Positions 10,729 to 21,201 of a stretch of 64,000 nt of DNA are shown piece by piece; the stretch's first letter is position 1, and each line of letters opens with the position of its first letter. A program made the position numbers and the translations under genes. The notes below the pieces were generated by a model. It was not told the origin of the DNA, made no database searches, and was given only the letters and a program-made list of their open reading frames with translations. Origin of the DNA: Candidatus Dormiibacterota bacterium (GTDB taxonomy: Bacteria > Chloroflexota > Dormibacteria > Aeolococcales > Aeolococcaceae); assembly GCA_036732145.1 (NCBI GenBank), contig DAINCY010000005.1, positions 443 through 64,442 of the forward strand, read 5' to 3'.

Positions 10729-11375
10729 CCCACCTCGACCTCGATGCGCTCCTCCTCGAGAGCGCGCTCCGGCCGCCGAGCCAGGGCTCGTTCGCGACGG
10801 ATCGGCTCGACGTCGGACCGGTTGCGCCGCGTCAGGTACACAGCGCCCACCGCCGCCACGAGCAGGAGCAGTGAGGTGATCTCAAAGGGCACCAGGAACG
10901 TGGTGAAGAGCTGGCCTCCGACGGTCTGCACATTGCCGGCGGTGTTGACCAAGCCGAGGTCGCTCTGGTCAAAGGAGAACGCGTGATACGGGTCCGAGGC
11001 CTGCCCGATCTGCTGAGCGCGAAACACGTTGTTGCCGTTGAAGGTGATCCCGTTGCGCGCCGCCACCACCATCGCCACGGTGAGGCCGAGGGCCGCCACG
11101 GCTCCGATCACGAAGCGGCTGTCGAGGCGCACACGCTCGTCGGCGCCAGGCGACAGCAGCGCGATGATGAAGACGAAGAGCACCATCACCGCCCCGGCGT
11201 AGACGATGAGCTGGACCACGAAGAGGAACTGGGCGTTGAGCACCAGGAACACCACCGCCAGGGCGCCGATCGTCATCACCAGCGACAGCGCCGAATAGAG
11301 CGGTTGCGGCGAGAAGACGACCCCCAACGCGCTCAGCGCCGCCAGCGCGCCGGCGACCCAGATGACCACGCTCAT
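10725..11375 (-). CDS. nuoJ: NADH-quinone oxidoreductase subunit J
   Basis: 216-aa membrane subunit located between nuoI and nuoK, with start/stop overlaps on both sides. Confidence 0.9.
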   Translation of the reverse strand: MSVVIWVAGALAALSALGVVFSPQPLYSALSLVMTIGALAVVFLVLNAQFLFVVQLIVYAGAVMVLFVFIIALLSPGADERVRLDSRFVIGAVAALGLTVAMVVAARNGITFNGNNVFRAQQIGQASDPYHAFSFDQSDLGLVNTAGNVQTVGGQLFTTFLVPFEITSLLLLVAAVGAVYLTRRNRSDVEPIRRERALARRPERALEEERIEVEVG

Positions 11376-11998
11376 CGCGGCTCGGCCTCGTCCGGCGTGA
11401 TCACGCGAGGCACATGCGCGGGAACGCCGTACTCGTCGGGTTGGGGGGTGTCGGTGCGCTGTTCCTCACCGACCTCCCAGGCGGCGCGCGGGCTGACTCC
11501 GATGGAGAGCTGCTCTCGGCCCTTCTGGTCCGAGCCCGCACCCACCTCCTTGGCCGGCCCTCGCGCCTGCGCGAACTGCGGCCAGGACTCCAGGAGCTCC
11601 GCCTTGGTGACCACCGTGCGCTCGCGACGGTAGTCGGCCATCTCGAAGCGGGGACCGAGCGTGATCGCCTCGGTGGGGCACGCCTCCGCACAGTATCCGC
11701 AGTAGATGCAGCGCATCAGGTTGATCTCGTACCTCTCGGCATACCGCTCGCCTGGCGAGACCGGGTGGGCGGGATCGTTCTCCGCCGAACCCACGTAGAT
11801 GCAGCCCACAGGACATGCTGCCGCGCACAGCTCACAGCCGATGCACTTCTCCAGTCCGTTGTCGTAGCGGTGGAGGATGTGGCGGCCACGGTGACGTGGA
11901 GCCGTCGGCTTCTGCTCCTCCGGCCATTGCACCGTGATGGGCTTGCGCAGCATCGTCTTGAGCGTGAAGGCGAGTCCCTTGGCGATCTCGACCAGCAT
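11372..11998 (-). CDS. nuoI: NADH-quinone oxidoreductase subunit I (2x[4Fe-4S] ferredoxin-like)
   Basis: Two CxxCxxCxxxCP motifs (CIGCELCAAACP, CIYCGYCAEACP). It carries a ~60-aa low-complexity C-terminal tail. Confidence 0.95.
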   Translation of the reverse strand: MLVEIAKGLAFTLKTMLRKPITVQWPEEQKPTAPRHRGRHILHRYDNGLEKCIGCELCAAACPVGCIYVGSAENDPAHPVSPGERYAERYEINLMRCIYCGYCAEACPTEAITLGPRFEMADYRRERTVVTKAELLESWPQFAQARGPAKEVGAGSDQKGREQLSIGVSPRAAWEVGEEQRTDTPQPDEYGVPAHVPRVITPDEAEPR

Positions 11999-12008
11999 CA
12001 GCGGCTCC

Positions 12009-13097
12009 TCACGATGCCCGCACGGCGACGATGGCGCCGGTGAGGACGATGTTGACCAGGCCCAGCGGCAGCAGCACCTTCCAGCCCAGGTTCATCAGCC
12101 GGTCGTAGCGGAAGCGCGGCAGCGTCCAGCGCAGCCACATCATCCCGAAGAGCAGCGCGCTCACCTTGGCGAGGAACCAGCCGACTCCCACCAGCCCCGC
12201 CAGCCAGTCGGAGTGGATCCATGGGATCAGCGGCAACCATCCACCAAGGAAGACGAGCGTGGCGATCGAACAGACGATGATCATGTTGATGTACTCGCCG
12301 AGAAAATAAAAACCGAAGCGCATTGACGAATACTCGGTGTGGTAGCCCGCCACCAGCTCGGTTTCGGCCTCGGGCAGATCGAACGGCAGTCGGTTGGTCT
12401 CTGCCAGAGCGCCCGTGAAGTACAGCAGGAAGGCGAGCGGCTGCAGCACCACGAACCACACGTCGTGCTGCGCAAGCACGATCTTTTCGAGGTCGAGCGA
12501 GCCGGCGAGGATCACAGCCCCGACCAGCGCGAAGGCGACGGCCATCTCGTAGGAGATCAGCTGCGCGGACGAGCGCAGGCCGCCAAGCAACGAGTACTTG
12601 CTGTTTGCCGACCAGCCGCCGAGGAACAGCGAATACACCCCCAGCGAGGTGACCGCCAGCACGAAGAGCAGGCTGACGTTGACGTGGATGAGGTCCCAGT
12701 GGAAGGGGTAGCCGCCATCGCAGCCCTGCCCGACCATCTGCCCGCCGATACATGTCAGGCCGCTGATGGGGATGGCGGCGAACGCAAAGATGGCCGCCCC
12801 CCCGGCGAGCGCCGGGCCCACCAGATAGAGGAGCTTGTCGCGACCGCCCGGCGCCGCGTTCTCCTTGAAGAGAAGCTTGACCGCGTCCGCCGCGGGCTGG
12901 AGCAGGCCGAGCGGACCCACCCGGTTGGGACCGATGCGCATCTGGATGCGCGCCGCCACCTTGCGCTCCGCGAAGGTCAGATAGGCGGCGGCCGTCGCCA
13001 GAGCGAGAAGCACGACGACGGCCTTGACCATGAGCACGACGATCCCGTCCCCGCCCACGCGCCCGACGCTGAAGACGTCGGAGAAATTGCCGATCAT
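12009..13097 (-). CDS. nuoH: NADH-quinone oxidoreductase subunit H
   Basis: Polytopic NuoH/ND1-like sequence. The track ORF 12009..13205 was trimmed to ATG 13097 (MIGNFSDV...), which forms an ATGA overlap with the nuoG stop. Confidence 0.95.
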   Translation of the reverse strand: MIGNFSDVFSVGRVGGDGIVVLMVKAVVVLLALATAAAYLTFAERKVAARIQMRIGPNRVGPLGLLQPAADAVKLLFKENAAPGGRDKLLYLVGPALAGGAAIFAFAAIPISGLTCIGGQMVGQGCDGGYPFHWDLIHVNVSLLFVLAVTSLGVYSLFLGGWSANSKYSLLGGLRSSAQLISYEMAVAFALVGAVILAGSLDLEKIVLAQHDVWFVVLQPLAFLLYFTGALAETNRLPFDLPEAETELVAGYHTEYSSMRFGFYFLGEYINMIIVCSIATLVFLGGWLPLIPWIHSDWLAGLVGVGWFLAKVSALLFGMMWLRWTLPRFRYDRLMNLGWKVLLPLGLVNIVLTGAIVAVRAS

Positions 13098-15022
13098 GCG
13101 GTCACCAGTGCCAGGAAGTTGGCGCGTCCCCCGTTTCCGGCCAGCCCGTACGCCGGAATGGCCGCCGCCAGCTCGCGGTGGACGTGGAGGGGATCGCCGG
13201 GCCATCCCGCAGCCCCGAGCTCGGCGGCCAGGGCGCTGAGGATGCGCGTCTCGGTCGGGGTCTGGGTGGCCGGCGGCAGCGCCGGGCGGAGCCGCTGCAC
13301 CCGCCCCTCGACGTTGGTGACCGTGCCCGCCTTCTCGAAGTAGGCATGGCCGGGGATGAGGACGGTGGCGGCGCGGCTCAGAGGTCCAGGGCGGGTGTCG
13401 ATGACGACCAGGACGTCGACACTTGCCCCCACGCGCTCGAGCAGGCCGGCGACCCCGTCGGCCCAGAGGCTGCCGCCCATCACGACCAACGCCTTGATGT
13501 CACCCTCGGCCGCAGCCTCGAGAATCTCACGCCCCGACTTGCCACCTGCCACGACGCCGGTGTAGCCGGGCCCGCTGTTGGGGAGGGCTCCCACGTCCTT
13601 GGCGCCACGGCCGTTGACCTCGCGGGTGATGGTCAGCCGCCGAACCTGGTGGCTTTTGGCCAGTTTGGCGCACAACCGTGCAGCCCCCTCGCGGTGACTC
13701 TCGTCGCCGATGACGCCGATCACACCATCCGCCGGCAGCTCACCGATCGTGGCGGCGCTGGCGCTGTGGTCGACGCGCCGCACCGATACGCCACGCTTGG
13801 TCGCAGCCTTGTGGAGGCGCAGCGTCAGCACCGGAGCCTGCTGTTCCGGCTCGTCGCCGAGCACGATCACCGCCGCGCACTCCTCAATCTCGGCGATGGC
13901 GAGCGAATGCTCATGCGGGCCAATGTCTGTGAACGTCTCCAGCTGGTGGTCGATGTGCTGCGTTCCCAGAACGTCGCGTGCCAGGCGCTGCAAAAGCCAG
14001 AGCTCTTCGTTGGTGTTCTGCGCGGACCCGAGGACTGCGATCGACCCCGGACCGCTGCGGTCGCGGACCTCGCGCAGAGCGCGCGCCCCGGCGGCGATGG
14101 CCTCGCTGATGGAGACATCGCGGACGGTCCCGTCGTGCCGGACCGCAGGCCGGCGGATGCGGTCGACGTTGTTCCAGCTCTCGGCGCTGTAGCGGCCGCG
14201 ATCGCACAGCCACATGTCGTCCACCTTGGGGTTGTCCCGCGACGCGAAACGACGCACCTCGAAGTCGCGGGTGTCGACGTTGATGTTGCAGCCGTACGAA
14301 CACTCCGGACAGACGCTCTTGGTTCGCTGCAGGTCCCATGGCCGCGCCTTGAAGCGGTACTGGCGATGGGTCAGCGCTCCCACCGGGCAGATCTCGGGAA
14401 GGTTGCCCTGAAAGTCGGACGTCAGGGGTCCACCGTCGAAGGTGTTGACGATGGTGTGCGCGCCGCGTTCCTGCAGCACAAGCTCCTTTTCACCGGTGAT
14501 CTCGTCGTAATATCGGGTGCAGCGCCAGCACAGGATGCAGCGCTCCTGGTCGAGCTCGATCTTGTCGCTCAGCACCACCGCCTTGTTGAAGTGCACCTTC
14601 TCTGTGATGGGAAAACGCGAGCTCGGGGGCCCATAGCGGAAGGCAAAGTCCTGCAGATCGCACTCGCCACCGCGGTCACACACCGGGCAGTCGAGAGGAT
14701 GATTGATGAGCAGGAACTCGAGCATGCCCTCGCGCGTCTTGGTGACGTCCGCTCGTTGGGTGTCGACCACCATCCCCTCGGCGGCGTAGGTGGCACAGGC
14801 GGGCTGCAGCTTGGGCATCTTCTCGACGTGCACGAGGCACATCCGGCACACGGCGACGGGATCCATCTTGGGATGCGAGCAGTAGATGGGGATGTGAATG
14901 CCCAGCTCGGTGGCGGCATCCGTGACCAGCGTGCCCTTGGGAACGCGGATCGACCGGCCGTCGATGGAGATGCCGACGAGACCGTCGTCGGACCCATCGG
15001 GTGGCAACGCGTCGGCAGCCAT
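13094..15022 (-). CDS. nuoG: NADH-quinone oxidoreductase subunit G (75-kDa-type Fe-S subunit, short form)
   Basis: N-terminal 2Fe-2S and 4Fe-4S cysteine clusters (CSHPKMDPVAVCRMC..., HPLDCPVCDRGGECDLQ, CILCWRCTRY). It abuts nuoF with no gap. Confidence 0.9.
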   Translation of the reverse strand: MAADALPPDGSDDGLVGISIDGRSIRVPKGTLVTDAATELGIHIPIYCSHPKMDPVAVCRMCLVHVEKMPKLQPACATYAAEGMVVDTQRADVTKTREGMLEFLLINHPLDCPVCDRGGECDLQDFAFRYGPPSSRFPITEKVHFNKAVVLSDKIELDQERCILCWRCTRYYDEITGEKELVLQERGAHTIVNTFDGGPLTSDFQGNLPEICPVGALTHRQYRFKARPWDLQRTKSVCPECSYGCNINVDTRDFEVRRFASRDNPKVDDMWLCDRGRYSAESWNNVDRIRRPAVRHDGTVRDVSISEAIAAGARALREVRDRSGPGSIAVLGSAQNTNEELWLLQRLARDVLGTQHIDHQLETFTDIGPHEHSLAIAEIEECAAVIVLGDEPEQQAPVLTLRLHKAATKRGVSVRRVDHSASAATIGELPADGVIGVIGDESHREGAARLCAKLAKSHQVRRLTITREVNGRGAKDVGALPNSGPGYTGVVAGGKSGREILEAAAEGDIKALVVMGGSLWADGVAGLLERVGASVDVLVVIDTRPGPLSRAATVLIPGHAYFEKAGTVTNVEGRVQRLRPALPPATQTPTETRILSALAAELGAAGWPGDPLHVHRELAAAIPAYGLAGNGGRANFLALVTA

Positions 15023-16315
15023 CTACGCGCTCACCAGCTGGGCTGTGGTGCCGCGTACCGGGCACGACCCTGCCCCACAATGCGCCTCGAATTCGCCGCG
15101 GAATGCCTTGTACGCGGACATCACAAACCACGTGGCCGTGTCACCGAGCGGGCAGAAGCACTTGCCATTCATGTTGTCGCAGATGTCGGCCAGGGTGTTC
15201 AGTTCCTCAGGGGTACACTCGCCCGCCTCGAGGCGGTGCATGAGGTCGGACTCGAAATTCGTCCCCTCGCGGCAGGGCGCGCATTTGCCGCAGGACTCGT
15301 GGTGGTAGAAGTCGACCAGGCGCATCGACACGTTGACCAGGCAGGTGGTCTCGTCCATGAACACCATCGCACCGGCCCCCAGCGATGAGCCCGCCTGCAT
15401 CACGGCGTCCATGTCGAGCGCGAGATCGAGATGTTCGGGCAGGAGCACCTGCATGGAACCGCCCCCCGGTTGGAATGCCTTCAGGGAGCGGTCCTTCCAC
15501 ATCCCACCGCACTCCTCCTCGAGTAGTTCGCGGATCGGCGTGCCCATGGCCATCTCGTAGGTCCCGGGACGGTTGATGTGGCCGCTGCAACAGAACAGCC
15601 GCGTTCCCGCGCTCTTCTCGGTGCCGAGTGACTTGAACCACGCGCCACCACGCTGCACGATGTGCGGAAGATTGGACAGAGTCTCGACGTTGTTGACCAC
15701 TGTCGGCTTGCCATAGAGGCCCTTGATCGCCGGAAACGGCGGCTTCAGCCGCGGCTGGCCGCGATAGCCCTCGAGGGAGTCGATGAGCGCCGTCTCCTCG
15801 CCGCAGATGTAGGCACCGGCGCCGCCATGCACGATGACGTCGCAGCTGAACCCGCTGCCATGGATGTCACCGCCGATGTGCCCTGCGGCACGCGCCTCCT
15901 CCACGCACCGCTCGAGCATCAGTCTCTGGTCGAAATACTCGCCACGGATGTAGATGAACGCGACGTTGACCTGCAGCGCGTAGGCCGCGATGAGCAGGCC
16001 TTCGATGAGCTGGTGGGGGTTCTCGTCGATCAGCACACGGTCCTTGAAGCAGCCAGGCTCGGACTCATCGGCGTTGCAGCACAGGTAGCGAGGGAAGACG
16101 TCCTTGGGCAGGAACCCCCACTTCATGCCGGTGGGAAAGCCTGCTCCTCCCCGGCCACGGAGCCCGCTGGCCTTGACCTCGTCGATCAGCGCTTCGGGTG
16201 TGAACTTGCCAAACACCTCGCGCAGCCCCTGATAGCCACCCAGCCGCTCATAGACCGTGAGCGTCTGCACTCCCTCGGTCCCGAAGTCCTTGGTGAGCAG
16301 TTTGTGTTCGGCCAT
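15023..16315 (-). CDS. nuoF: NADH-quinone oxidoreductase subunit F (NADH/FMN-binding)
   Basis: GLRGRGGAGFPTGMKW FMN/NADH motif and a C-terminal 4Fe-4S motif (ESCGKCAPCREG). Confidence 0.95.
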   Translation of the reverse strand: MAEHKLLTKDFGTEGVQTLTVYERLGGYQGLREVFGKFTPEALIDEVKASGLRGRGGAGFPTGMKWGFLPKDVFPRYLCCNADESEPGCFKDRVLIDENPHQLIEGLLIAAYALQVNVAFIYIRGEYFDQRLMLERCVEEARAAGHIGGDIHGSGFSCDVIVHGGAGAYICGEETALIDSLEGYRGQPRLKPPFPAIKGLYGKPTVVNNVETLSNLPHIVQRGGAWFKSLGTEKSAGTRLFCCSGHINRPGTYEMAMGTPIRELLEEECGGMWKDRSLKAFQPGGGSMQVLLPEHLDLALDMDAVMQAGSSLGAGAMVFMDETTCLVNVSMRLVDFYHHESCGKCAPCREGTNFESDLMHRLEAGECTPEELNTLADICDNMNGKCFCPLGDTATWFVMSAYKAFRGEFEAHCGAGSCPVRGTTAQLVSA

Positions 16316-16327
16316 GACGGCGCGATC

Positions 16328-17062
16328 CTACAGATCGCCCGCGTCGGGACGCGGTCGGCGCCGCGGTCTGCTCCGGCTGCCCTTCGGATTGGCGGTGGGC
16401 TCGGTTCGCGACCCGGGCATCTCCGTGTGCTCGGCCATCGGGGCAGAGTCGGCGTTCGGATGGCTCGTCGCCAACCCGTCGTCGGCAGGCGGACCCTCCG
16501 CTGTGGCCACCGGTGGGGTCTCCGCGGTCGGCGGGTGCGGCCCGCTGGCGAGTGCCCCGGCAGCTCCGCCGGTGCGCCGGTGCGGGCTCGGCTGGGCGCG
16601 CATGCGCTCGAGAATTCCATCGACGCGCTCGGCGGTGAGGTTCTCATGGAAGTGATGGTCGATCTGCATCGCGGGGGCTCCGCCGCAGGCCCCCAGGCAT
16701 TCGACGGTGCTCTCCCAGGTGAACTTCCCGTCGGCCGTGGTGCCCCCGGAGGGGCAGGCCAGCCGTCGCTCGACGTGACTGACGATCTCGTCAGCGCCGC
16801 GCAGAGCGCAGCTCACGTTCACGCAGATGAGCAGGTGATGATCGCCGGCAGGCTTGTCGAAGTACATGGAATAGAAGGTGCTCACCGCCTGCACCTCGCT
16901 GGGAGCCAGATGGAGGATCTCGGCCACCTCGGTCATGCCCTCGACCGACAGGAACCCGTGCTCGTTCTGCACCGCCCACAGGCACGGCAGGATCGCACTC
17001 CGGGGGTGCGGATAGCGATCCCGAAGAGCTGTGATCTCCTTGCGCGTGGCAGCCGTTAGCAC
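16328..17062 (-). CDS. nuoE: NADH-quinone oxidoreductase subunit E (2Fe-2S thioredoxin-like) with Pro-rich C-terminal tail
   Basis: Core RYPHPRSAILPCLWAVQNEHGFL...CVNVSCALRGADE...CLGACGGAPAM. The track ORF 16328..17350 overlaps nuoD. It was trimmed to GTG 17062 (VLTAATRKEI), which is preceded by GGGGAG 7 nt upstream. GTG 17107 is an alternative start. Confidence 0.85.
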   Translation of the reverse strand: MLTAATRKEITALRDRYPHPRSAILPCLWAVQNEHGFLSVEGMTEVAEILHLAPSEVQAVSTFYSMYFDKPAGDHHLLICVNVSCALRGADEIVSHVERRLACPSGGTTADGKFTWESTVECLGACGGAPAMQIDHHFHENLTAERVDGILERMRAQPSPHRRTGGAAGALASGPHPPTAETPPVATAEGPPADDGLATSHPNADSAPMAEHTEMPGSRTEPTANPKGSRSRPRRRPRPDAGDL

Positions 17063-17135
17063 CGGCAGCTCCCCACCACGGCCAGGATCGGACGCGGGGG
17101 AAGGCACGTTTCCGCAGGGCAATGTCGAACCGCTG

Positions 17136-18431
17136 TCACCTGTCAACGTCCCCCAGCGTGATGTCGATCGACCCGATGACGGCCACCACGTCGGCGATGA
17201 GCTCGTTGCGGACCATGTGCGGCAGGGCGCTGAGGTTGCTGAAAGAGGGGGCGCGGACCTTGCAGCGGTAGGGGCGGTTGCCGCCCTCGCTGACGATGTA
17301 GAAGCCGAGCTCGCCGCGCGGTGATTCGATGGCTTGGTAGACCTGGCCATGGGGCACGTGGAACCCCTCCGTCACCAGCTTGAAGTGGTGGATGAGCGAC
17401 TCCATCGATGTGTTGATCTCATTGCGTGGAGGCAGGGCGATCTTGCGGTCGGTGGTGTTGACCGGCCCTCCCGGGAGGTTGTCCATGGCCTGGCCGATGA
17501 TTCGCAGCGACTCGCGCGCCTCACGCATGCGCACCAGGTATCTGTCGTAGACATCGCCACGGCTGCCGATAGGAATGTCGAAGTCGAAGTGGTCGTAGGA
17601 GCTGTAGGGCTGGGCCTTGCGGAGGTCGTAGGGGATTCCGCTGCCGCGCAGCGTGGGACCGGTGACGCCGTAGGCCAGCGCGTCGTCGGGGCTGAGCACG
17701 CCGAGCCCGCGAGTGCGGTCCATCCAGATGGGATTCTTGGTGATGAGCAGCTCGTACTGGTCGATGAATGCCGGGAAGGTCCGCACCACCTCGTTGACGA
17801 GGGCGTAGAACTCGTCGGGAACGTCGGCGAGGAGGCCGCCGACGCGGATGAACGAGGTATGCATGCGCACGCCGCTGACCAGCTCGTTGATGTCCAGCAA
17901 CTTCTCGCGCTCGCGCCACGCGTAGACGAACGGCGTGGTGGCGCCGAGGTCAAGCGCGCTGGTTCCGTACCAGAGGAAATGACTGGCCACGCGCGTGAGC
18001 TCGCACATGATCACGCGCAGATACTGGGCCCGCGGTGGCACCTCGACGCCGAGCAGTCGCTCAGCGGCGAGCGAGAAGCCAAGGTTGTTGAAAAGGGGGG
18101 CCAGGTAGTCCATGCGGTCGGTGAATGGGATGCACTGCTGCCAGGTGTGTGATTCGAACGACTTCTCGAAGCCGGTGTGCAGAAAGCCGATATCGGGACG
18201 GCACTCGCGCACCACCTCGCCATCGAGTTCCAGCACCAGACGGAGGACGCCGTGAGTGCTGGGGTGCTGCGGCCCCATGTTCAGCTCCATGGTCTGGTCG
18301 TCGAGCTGGACCATGTCGATGGCGTCGTTGGCGGGGTCTACACCGAGAAGCACGCGGCCGCGGTCGAAAGCGTCCGACTGCGGGTCGCGCGTCGGCAGGC
18401 TGGGCCCGCCGATCGGCGGCAGTACAGCCAT
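17136..18431 (-). CDS. nuoD: NADH-quinone oxidoreductase subunit D
   Basis: MELNMGPQHPSTHGVLRLVLELDGE signature. The track ORF 17136..18791 was trimmed to ATG 18431 (MAVLPPIGG), which shares 1 nt with the nuoC stop (TGATG). Confidence 0.95.
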   Translation of the reverse strand: MAVLPPIGGPSLPTRDPQSDAFDRGRVLLGVDPANDAIDMVQLDDQTMELNMGPQHPSTHGVLRLVLELDGEVVRECRPDIGFLHTGFEKSFESHTWQQCIPFTDRMDYLAPLFNNLGFSLAAERLLGVEVPPRAQYLRVIMCELTRVASHFLWYGTSALDLGATTPFVYAWREREKLLDINELVSGVRMHTSFIRVGGLLADVPDEFYALVNEVVRTFPAFIDQYELLITKNPIWMDRTRGLGVLSPDDALAYGVTGPTLRGSGIPYDLRKAQPYSSYDHFDFDIPIGSRGDVYDRYLVRMREARESLRIIGQAMDNLPGGPVNTTDRKIALPPRNEINTSMESLIHHFKLVTEGFHVPHGQVYQAIESPRGELGFYIVSEGGNRPYRCKVRAPSFSNLSALPHMVRNELIADVVAVIGSIDITLGDVDR

Positions 18432-19015
18432 CAGCGCGACTGCCCGGGCATGTCGCGGGGCCGCTCCGCTGCGGGCAGGGCCCACTCCAGGTTGTGGGTG
18501 AAGGCAACCGGCTCGCCGAAGCTGACGTAGTCCTTGCGCAGCGGATGCCCCACCCAATCCTCCGGAAGCAGGATGCGGTGGAGGTCGTGGTGGCCCACGA
18601 ACTCGATGCCGAAGAAATCGAAGGTCTCGCGCTCGTGCCAGTCCATGCCGGCGAAGACCCGTTCTGCGGTCGGGACCTGCGGCGCGTCCTCGGAAACCTG
18701 CACGACGAGCCGGCACTCGTCGTTGTGGTGCAGCGAACGCAGCTGGTAGACGACGTCGAAGCGCGGCGCCGCAGGCTCGCGATCGGGCCAATCGACGGCG
18801 GTGACGAAGAGAGGCAGGCGATAGAGCCCCTCGTCGTGGTCGCGGAGCAGGGTCAGGGCGCCGATCAGGTGCTGGACGTACACGAGGACGGTCACCTCGC
18901 CCACCTGTTCCTCCACGCGAACCACAGCATCGGGAAGTTCGCGCGCAAGCAGATCAGCGGCGCGGCGTCCGCGCGGCGGACGTGCCGAAGCTACAGGGGC
19001 GGCGGTCGTGGTCAC
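18431..19015 (-). CDS. nuoC: NADH-quinone oxidoreductase subunit C
   Basis: 194-aa 30-kDa-subunit-like sequence ([27 protein letters not shown]) in the expected position. Confidence 0.9.
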   Translation of the reverse strand: MTTTAAPVASARPPRGRRAADLLARELPDAVVRVEEQVGEVTVLVYVQHLIGALTLLRDHDEGLYRLPLFVTAVDWPDREPAAPRFDVVYQLRSLHHNDECRLVVQVSEDAPQVPTAERVFAGMDWHERETFDFFGIEFVGHHDLHRILLPEDWVGHPLRKDYVSFGEPVAFTHNLEWALPAAERPRDMPGQSR

Positions 19016-19019
19016 GGTT

Positions 19020-19579
<560 letters not shown>

Positions 19580-19589
<10 letters not shown>

Positions 19590-19936
19590 CGCAGCGCCCC
19601 CTTGCGCCAGATGTAGATGAGCCCGATGAGCAGGGTGGCGATGAAGATGCCCATCTCAACGATGCCGAAGATCTTCAGCTGGCGCACGATGGTCGCCCAG
19701 GGGAGGAGGAAGATGGACTCGACGTCGAAGATGATGAAGAGCATGGCGGTGACGTAGAAGCTCACCGAGAAGCGGCGCCGCGCCGTCTCCACCGGCACGA
19801 TGCCGCATTCGTACGGGAGGTCCTTGGCGGGATTGGACCGGCGGGGTCCGAGCCATGAGCTGAGCGCCTGCACGCCGGCCCCAAATGCGACGCAGACGGC
19901 AAGGAAGACGAGGATCGGCGCGAAGTCCGAGAGCAT
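19580..19936 (-). CDS. nuoA: NADH-quinone oxidoreductase subunit A
   Basis: 118-aa three-helix protein ([23 protein letters not shown]) and the first gene of the series. Confidence 0.9.
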
Positions 19937-19998
19937 CGTGTCGTGATCCTAGCAAAGCCGCCTCGCGACGAAACCCGGCACCGCCGACGTTGTCATGG

Positions 19999-20850
19999 CT
20001 ACGCTCGAAGGCGTACCTCGACAGTGCCCTCGCTGATCCGGACCTCGAATGACGGCTGCGGGGAAGTGGCCGGACCGCGCACCACGGAGCCGTCCGCGAG
20101 CCGAAAACGGCTGCCATGCCATGGGCAGGTGACGCAGAGCTCGTCGTCCACCTCGCCCTCCTGAAGTGGCCCGCCCGCGTGAGTGCATCGCGCCGCGACT
20201 GCTTGCATGCTGCCGGCGTGGCTGTAGATGAGGATGCCGTACCCGCTGGCCTGGACGAACAGCGGCGTATCGGGTTGGAGATCGCCCAAGCGGGCCACCC
20301 GGGTCCAGTCGGTGGGTGCCTCCTCGAAGACGGTGTGATCGACACCGATGCCGCTGGCAAACACGAGGTGGCCGCCGATGTAGCCGCCGGCGCCGAGCAT
20401 GCCAAGACCGGCAGCGCTGAAGAGACGGGCGGCCCCCCGATTGCCACGGCGGCGGATGAGCAGGGCCGCGAGGTACAGCGTCGATCCTCCGAGGTTGGCG
20501 AGCCCGTGGATCAGGCCAAGGCGGCGGTCGGGCCCGACCGTGTCAGCCCAGTCGGAGAGTCCGGACACGGCTGTGGGGGCGACCGACAGGAGCCCGAGGA
20601 CGGTCAGCGCGTCGCTGGCGTATGCGCCATCCTCACCGCCGAAGAGGTCGATGACAGTTGCTGCGGTCAGGGCGCCGACTGGCACATCGGTGAGCAGCGG
20701 ATGGAGTGGATGACCGAGCCAGGTGCCGCTGAGCAGGCCCTTGACCGAACCGGCGCCGACCAGCCCATTGATCTTGACGCCCAGCCATTCAGCGGCAGGA
20801 TCGAGCGCATCCCAACCCTGCAACGGTCGCATCAGGTCACGGATGCCCAT
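19999..20850 (-). CDS. DUF2231-type membrane domain fused to a C-terminal Rieske [2Fe-2S] domain
   Basis: The membrane part carries WLGHPLHPLLTDVPVG. The Rieske motifs are CTHAGGPL and CPWHGSRF. The track ORF 19999..21027 was trimmed to ATG 20850 (MGIRDLMRPL), which is preceded by GAGAGG. It ends 62 nt before nuoA on the same strand. Confidence 0.75.
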   Translation of the reverse strand: MGIRDLMRPLQGWDALDPAAEWLGVKINGLVGAGSVKGLLSGTWLGHPLHPLLTDVPVGALTAATVIDLFGGEDGAYASDALTVLGLLSVAPTAVSGLSDWADTVGPDRRLGLIHGLANLGGSTLYLAALLIRRRGNRGAARLFSAAGLGMLGAGGYIGGHLVFASGIGVDHTVFEEAPTDWTRVARLGDLQPDTPLFVQASGYGILIYSHAGSMQAVAARCTHAGGPLQEGEVDDELCVTCPWHGSRFRLADGSVVRGPATSPQPSFEVRISEGTVEVRLRA

Positions 20851-21169
20851 GTGTCTGCCTCTCTGCGCCCAGCTCGTGTCAGCTGTCGATGTGCCGGCCA
20901 CCGTCGTCGCGCCGGCGCGCAGCGAGGAGGATACGCAGCACACGGCGGAGGCGGTGTCTGGTCTCGACGTCGGCTCCGTCCGGATTCGGGCTGGCGCCAT
21001 TGGCCGCCACCTCGACCAGGTCCTCATCGACCTCGGGTGGGCTCGCGGGCGGCGGGCTGCCGCTGTCAGTCAGGCGGCTCGGAGTCATCGGCTGATTCTG
21101 GCTCGTTCGCACCCCGCCTGGGGGTGCGCACGACGCGACCCGCCAGGCCGACCACGGTGACCGCTGAGT

Positions 21170-21187
21170 TAGTTGCTGTGTCAACTA
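21170..21187. promoter_or_regulatory. perfect 6-6-6 inverted repeat TAGTTG-ctgtgt-CAACTA, candidate MarR operator
   Basis: Read directly. It lies 15 nt upstream of the marR-family ATG (21202) in the divergent region, and an A/T-rich TATTTT follows immediately. Confidence 0.35.
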
Positions 21188-21201
21188 TTTTTGCAGCTAT
21201 C

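Noticed and set aside
13178-15388. 736-aa plus-strand ORF
   Set aside because: It is antisense to nuoG and nuoF. There is no recognisable family, and its composition is that of an antisense frame.
20116-21201. N-terminal 362 codons of the 542-aa track ORF 20116..21744
   Set aside because: Only the last ~180 codons encode the MarR-family protein. The upstream part is antisense to the Rieske fusion gene and crosses the intergenic region.
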